A stretch of DNA of 64,000 nt, from the NCBI GenBank assembly GCA_041753155.1, contig JBGSVA010000021.1, forward strand, positions 1,012 through 65,011. Direction: 5' to 3'. Under the pieces are notes generated by a model that searched no databases, was not told the DNA's origin, and was given only the letters and a program-made list of their open reading frames with translations. Below are positions 61,998 to 64,000 of this stretch, in pieces. This DNA is from Thermodesulfobacteriota bacterium. GTDB lineage: Bacteria; Desulfobacterota_D; UBA1144; Nemesobacterales; UBA2774. A program made the translations under genes and the position numbers. Each line of letters opens with the position of its first letter. Within the stretch, counting starts at the first letter, position 1.

Positions 61998-63047
61998 TTA
62001 AAATGTGCTCAAATCTCCCTGCCATCTCCTGGGGAGGAATATGCTTTCGTACATGCTTATTGCGTATGAATCGGTCATACCCGCGATGAAATCGCAGACC
62101 GTGCGCTCGATGGTTTCCCCTTCCCTCACGCCCTTATTATAATGCTTACGAAGCTCGCTCTCGTTTTCGCAGAAATACTGGTACAGCTCTCTGATTACCT
62201 TATTGGCCTTAAGAAAGTTGTTCTTTATCTTTTCGTTCATATATACGGTATTGAAGAGGTAGCCCCTCAGCTCCACCATCGCCTGCTCGACTTCGGCGCT
62301 CGACGCCACCTTCTCGCCTTCGAACTTCAGTGTTTCCGTGATTATATCGGTGACCATTCTGTTGATCCTTTCGGAATTCGTCCTGCCGAGGGCGTCGACG
62401 CATTCTTTCGGGACGTCGTCTATGGTAATGATCCCCGCCCTTATCGCGTCGTCGAGGTCGTGGTTCGCGTAGGCGACGAGGTCCGATATCCTGACGACCT
62501 GGCCTTCGAGTGTCTCCGGTCGGTATTTGGGGTTATCGACCGCTCCCATTCCCTTAGAATGCTTGGCTATGCCGTCCCTCACCTCGTAAGTGAGGTTGAG
62601 TCCCTTCCCGCCCTTCTCCAGCACGTCCACGACCCTCAGGCTGTGTATCACGTGCTTGAACCCTCCGGGGTATATCTCGTTGAGCGCCGCCTCCCCCGCG
62701 TGCCCGAACGGTGTATGGCCGAGGTCGTGCCCGAGCGCTATAGCCTCCGTGAGGTCTTCGTTTAATCTGAGCGCCTTCGATATCGTCCTCGCTATCTGGG
62801 ACACCTCGATGACATGAGTGAGCCTCGTCCTGTAATGGTCGTCCGTCGGGGATAAAAAGACCTGCGTCTTGTGCTTCATCCTCCGAAACGATTTCGAATG
62901 GATTATCCTGTCCCTGTCCCTCTGGTAATCCGTCCTTATGGAGCAGGGCTCCTCGGGAACCATCCTGCCCTTGGTCCCGGCGCTTAGAGCCGCATAGGGC
63001 GAAAGGATTTGTCTCTCGATCTCTTCCGACTGTTCTCTTATGTTCAT
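61998..63047 (-). CDS. dGTP triphosphohydrolase-like HD-domain protein
   Basis: RTRLTHVIEVSQIAR...GHDLGHTPFGHAGE HD motifs. Confidence 0.8.
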   Translation of the reverse strand: MNIREQSEEIERQILSPYAALSAGTKGRMVPEEPCSIRTDYQRDRDRIIHSKSFRRMKHKTQVFLSPTDDHYRTRLTHVIEVSQIARTISKALRLNEDLTEAIALGHDLGHTPFGHAGEAALNEIYPGGFKHVIHSLRVVDVLEKGGKGLNLTYEVRDGIAKHSKGMGAVDNPKYRPETLEGQVVRISDLVAYANHDLDDAIRAGIITIDDVPKECVDALGRTNSERINRMVTDIITETLKFEGEKVASSAEVEQAMVELRGYLFNTVYMNEKIKNNFLKANKVIRELYQYFCENESELRKHYNKGVREGETIERTVCDFIAGMTDSYAISMYESIFLPRRWQGDLSTF

Positions 63048-63081
63048 TCAGTCACCCCGCCCCGCGTCAGCGGCACGCCAC

Positions 63082-63843
63082 TCAGAGCCTCACCGATATG
63101 CCCTTCGAGCTCATGAACTCCTTCGCATCCCTTATAGTATGCTCCCCGTAGTGGAATATCGAAGCGACGAGCACCGCGTCCGCCTCCCCGTCACTCACCC
63201 CTTCCGAGAGGTGGTCGAGGCTGCCTGCGCCTCCGGAAGCGATGACCGGTATGGATACCGTCCGGGATACGGCCTTCGTGAGCGCTATATCGTAGCCCGA
63301 CTTGGTCCCGTCCTTATCCATGCTCGTGAGCAGTATCTCGCCTGCGCCGTATTCCTCCATCTCCTTCGCCCATTCGAGGGCGTCTATGCCCGTCGGGTTT
63401 CTCCCGCCGTGCGTATAGACCTCCCATTTCCCTTCCGAGACGCGCCTCGCGTCTATCGCCACAACGATGCACTGGCTCCCGAACCTCTCGGACGCCCTCT
63501 TCACGAAATCCGGGTCCTTCACCGCGGCCGTGTTTATCGATACCTTGTCGGCCCCCGCAAGGAGGAGCTGCCTCACGTCTTCTATAGTCCTCACCCCTCC
63601 TCCGACGGTCAGAGGGACGAATACCTCGGCTGCGGTCCTTTCCACGACGTCGACCATCGTCTTCCTCTCCTCGTGGGAAGCCGTTATGTCGAGGAAGCAG
63701 ATTTCGTCGGCCCCCTCGTCGCTGTATTTCTTCGCTATCTCGACCGGGTCGCCCGCGTCTCTCAGGTTAACGAAGTTAACACCCTTCACGACCCTCCCGT
63801 CCTTGACGTCGAGGCATGGGATTATTCTCTTCGACAGCATCAC
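63082..63843 (-). CDS. hisF: imidazole glycerol phosphate synthase cyclase subunit
   Basis: [20 protein letters not shown] is the canonical HisF start. The likely start is the ATG at 63840. Confidence 0.9.
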   Translation of the reverse strand: MMLSKRIIPCLDVKDGRVVKGVNFVNLRDAGDPVEIAKKYSDEGADEICFLDITASHEERKTMVDVVERTAAEVFVPLTVGGGVRTIEDVRQLLLAGADKVSINTAAVKDPDFVKRASERFGSQCIVVAIDARRVSEGKWEVYTHGGRNPTGIDALEWAKEMEEYGAGEILLTSMDKDGTKSGYDIALTKAVSRTVSIPVIASGGAGSLDHLSEGVSDGEADAVLVASIFHYGEHTIRDAKEFMSSKGISVRL

Positions 63844-64000
63844 GAGTACCTTTCTATAGCGTCTTTAAGGTTTATTGTGCCTGTATAGATCGACTTCCCG
63901 AGTATCACGCCGTATAGGCCTATTTGTTCGAGCGTTTTCAATTTATCCAGGTCGTCTGTGGTTGCGATACCCCCGGACGCGATGACCGGAAGCGGGGACG
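63840..64000 (-). CDS. hisA: HisA (ProFAR isomerase), C-terminal end (gene continues beyond window)
   Basis: The reverse-strand frame ends ...[48 protein letters not shown]. Its stop overlaps the hisF start. Confidence 0.7.
   Translation of the reverse strand, partial: SPLPVIASGGIATTDDLDKLKTLEQIGLYGVILGKSIYTGTINLKDAIERYS

Overview
This is a 64-kb bacterial chromosomal window with roughly 55-60% GC, densely packed with about 60 protein-coding genes and resembling core genome. I saw no transposase, integrase, CRISPR array, rRNA or tRNA; the tRNA check was by eye only.

Recognisable housekeeping blocks:
- carB (5' truncated) and greA
- dapB-tgt-yajC-secD-secF
- pheS, dcd, gyrB
- nuoG-nuoH
- dapF, mqnA-mqnD (futalosine pathway), hisF-hisA (edge)
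- cstA and an APC-family amino-acid permease
- two giant AsmA/TamB-family proteins
- two tandem RlpA-like lipoproteins

The most notable features:
1. Two tandem, diverged type IV pilin genes. Each has its own textbook sigma-54 (-24/-12) promoter, a shared upstream palindromic site and, for pilin 2, an intrinsic terminator. An ABC exporter triad next to them resembles PilGHI.
2. A translationally coupled minus-strand operon: hydantoinase-B-family protein, then a Memo-family protein carrying an N-terminal PqqD/RRE-like peptide-binding domain, then an M19 membrane dipeptidase. A Cys-rich secreted protein sits just upstream. This is the best candidate for an undescribed peptide-handling system.
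3. birA interrupted by a single in-frame TAG at the conserved Trp codon of the GRxGRxW motif.
4. A recurring intergenic motif family (ACACACAATGTGTGT palindrome / GTGTGTT-TTAT followed by CCRTATNTCC) at five or more intergenic sites. Two copies share an identical 24-mer; one copy has a terminator-like hairpin.
5. A gamma-glutamylcyclotransferase-like domain fused to an FGase-like domain, coupled to an ATZ/TRZ amidohydrolase.
6. A Thioredoxin_3-type small protein with an unusual C-I-C-C motif coupled to cstA.
7. A CofC-like guanylyltransferase beside mqn genes.

Several expected partners are absent from the window: pheT, gyrA, sucC, tamA and nuoI-N. All family assignments are from reading the ORF translations and motifs by eye; nothing was searched or computed.
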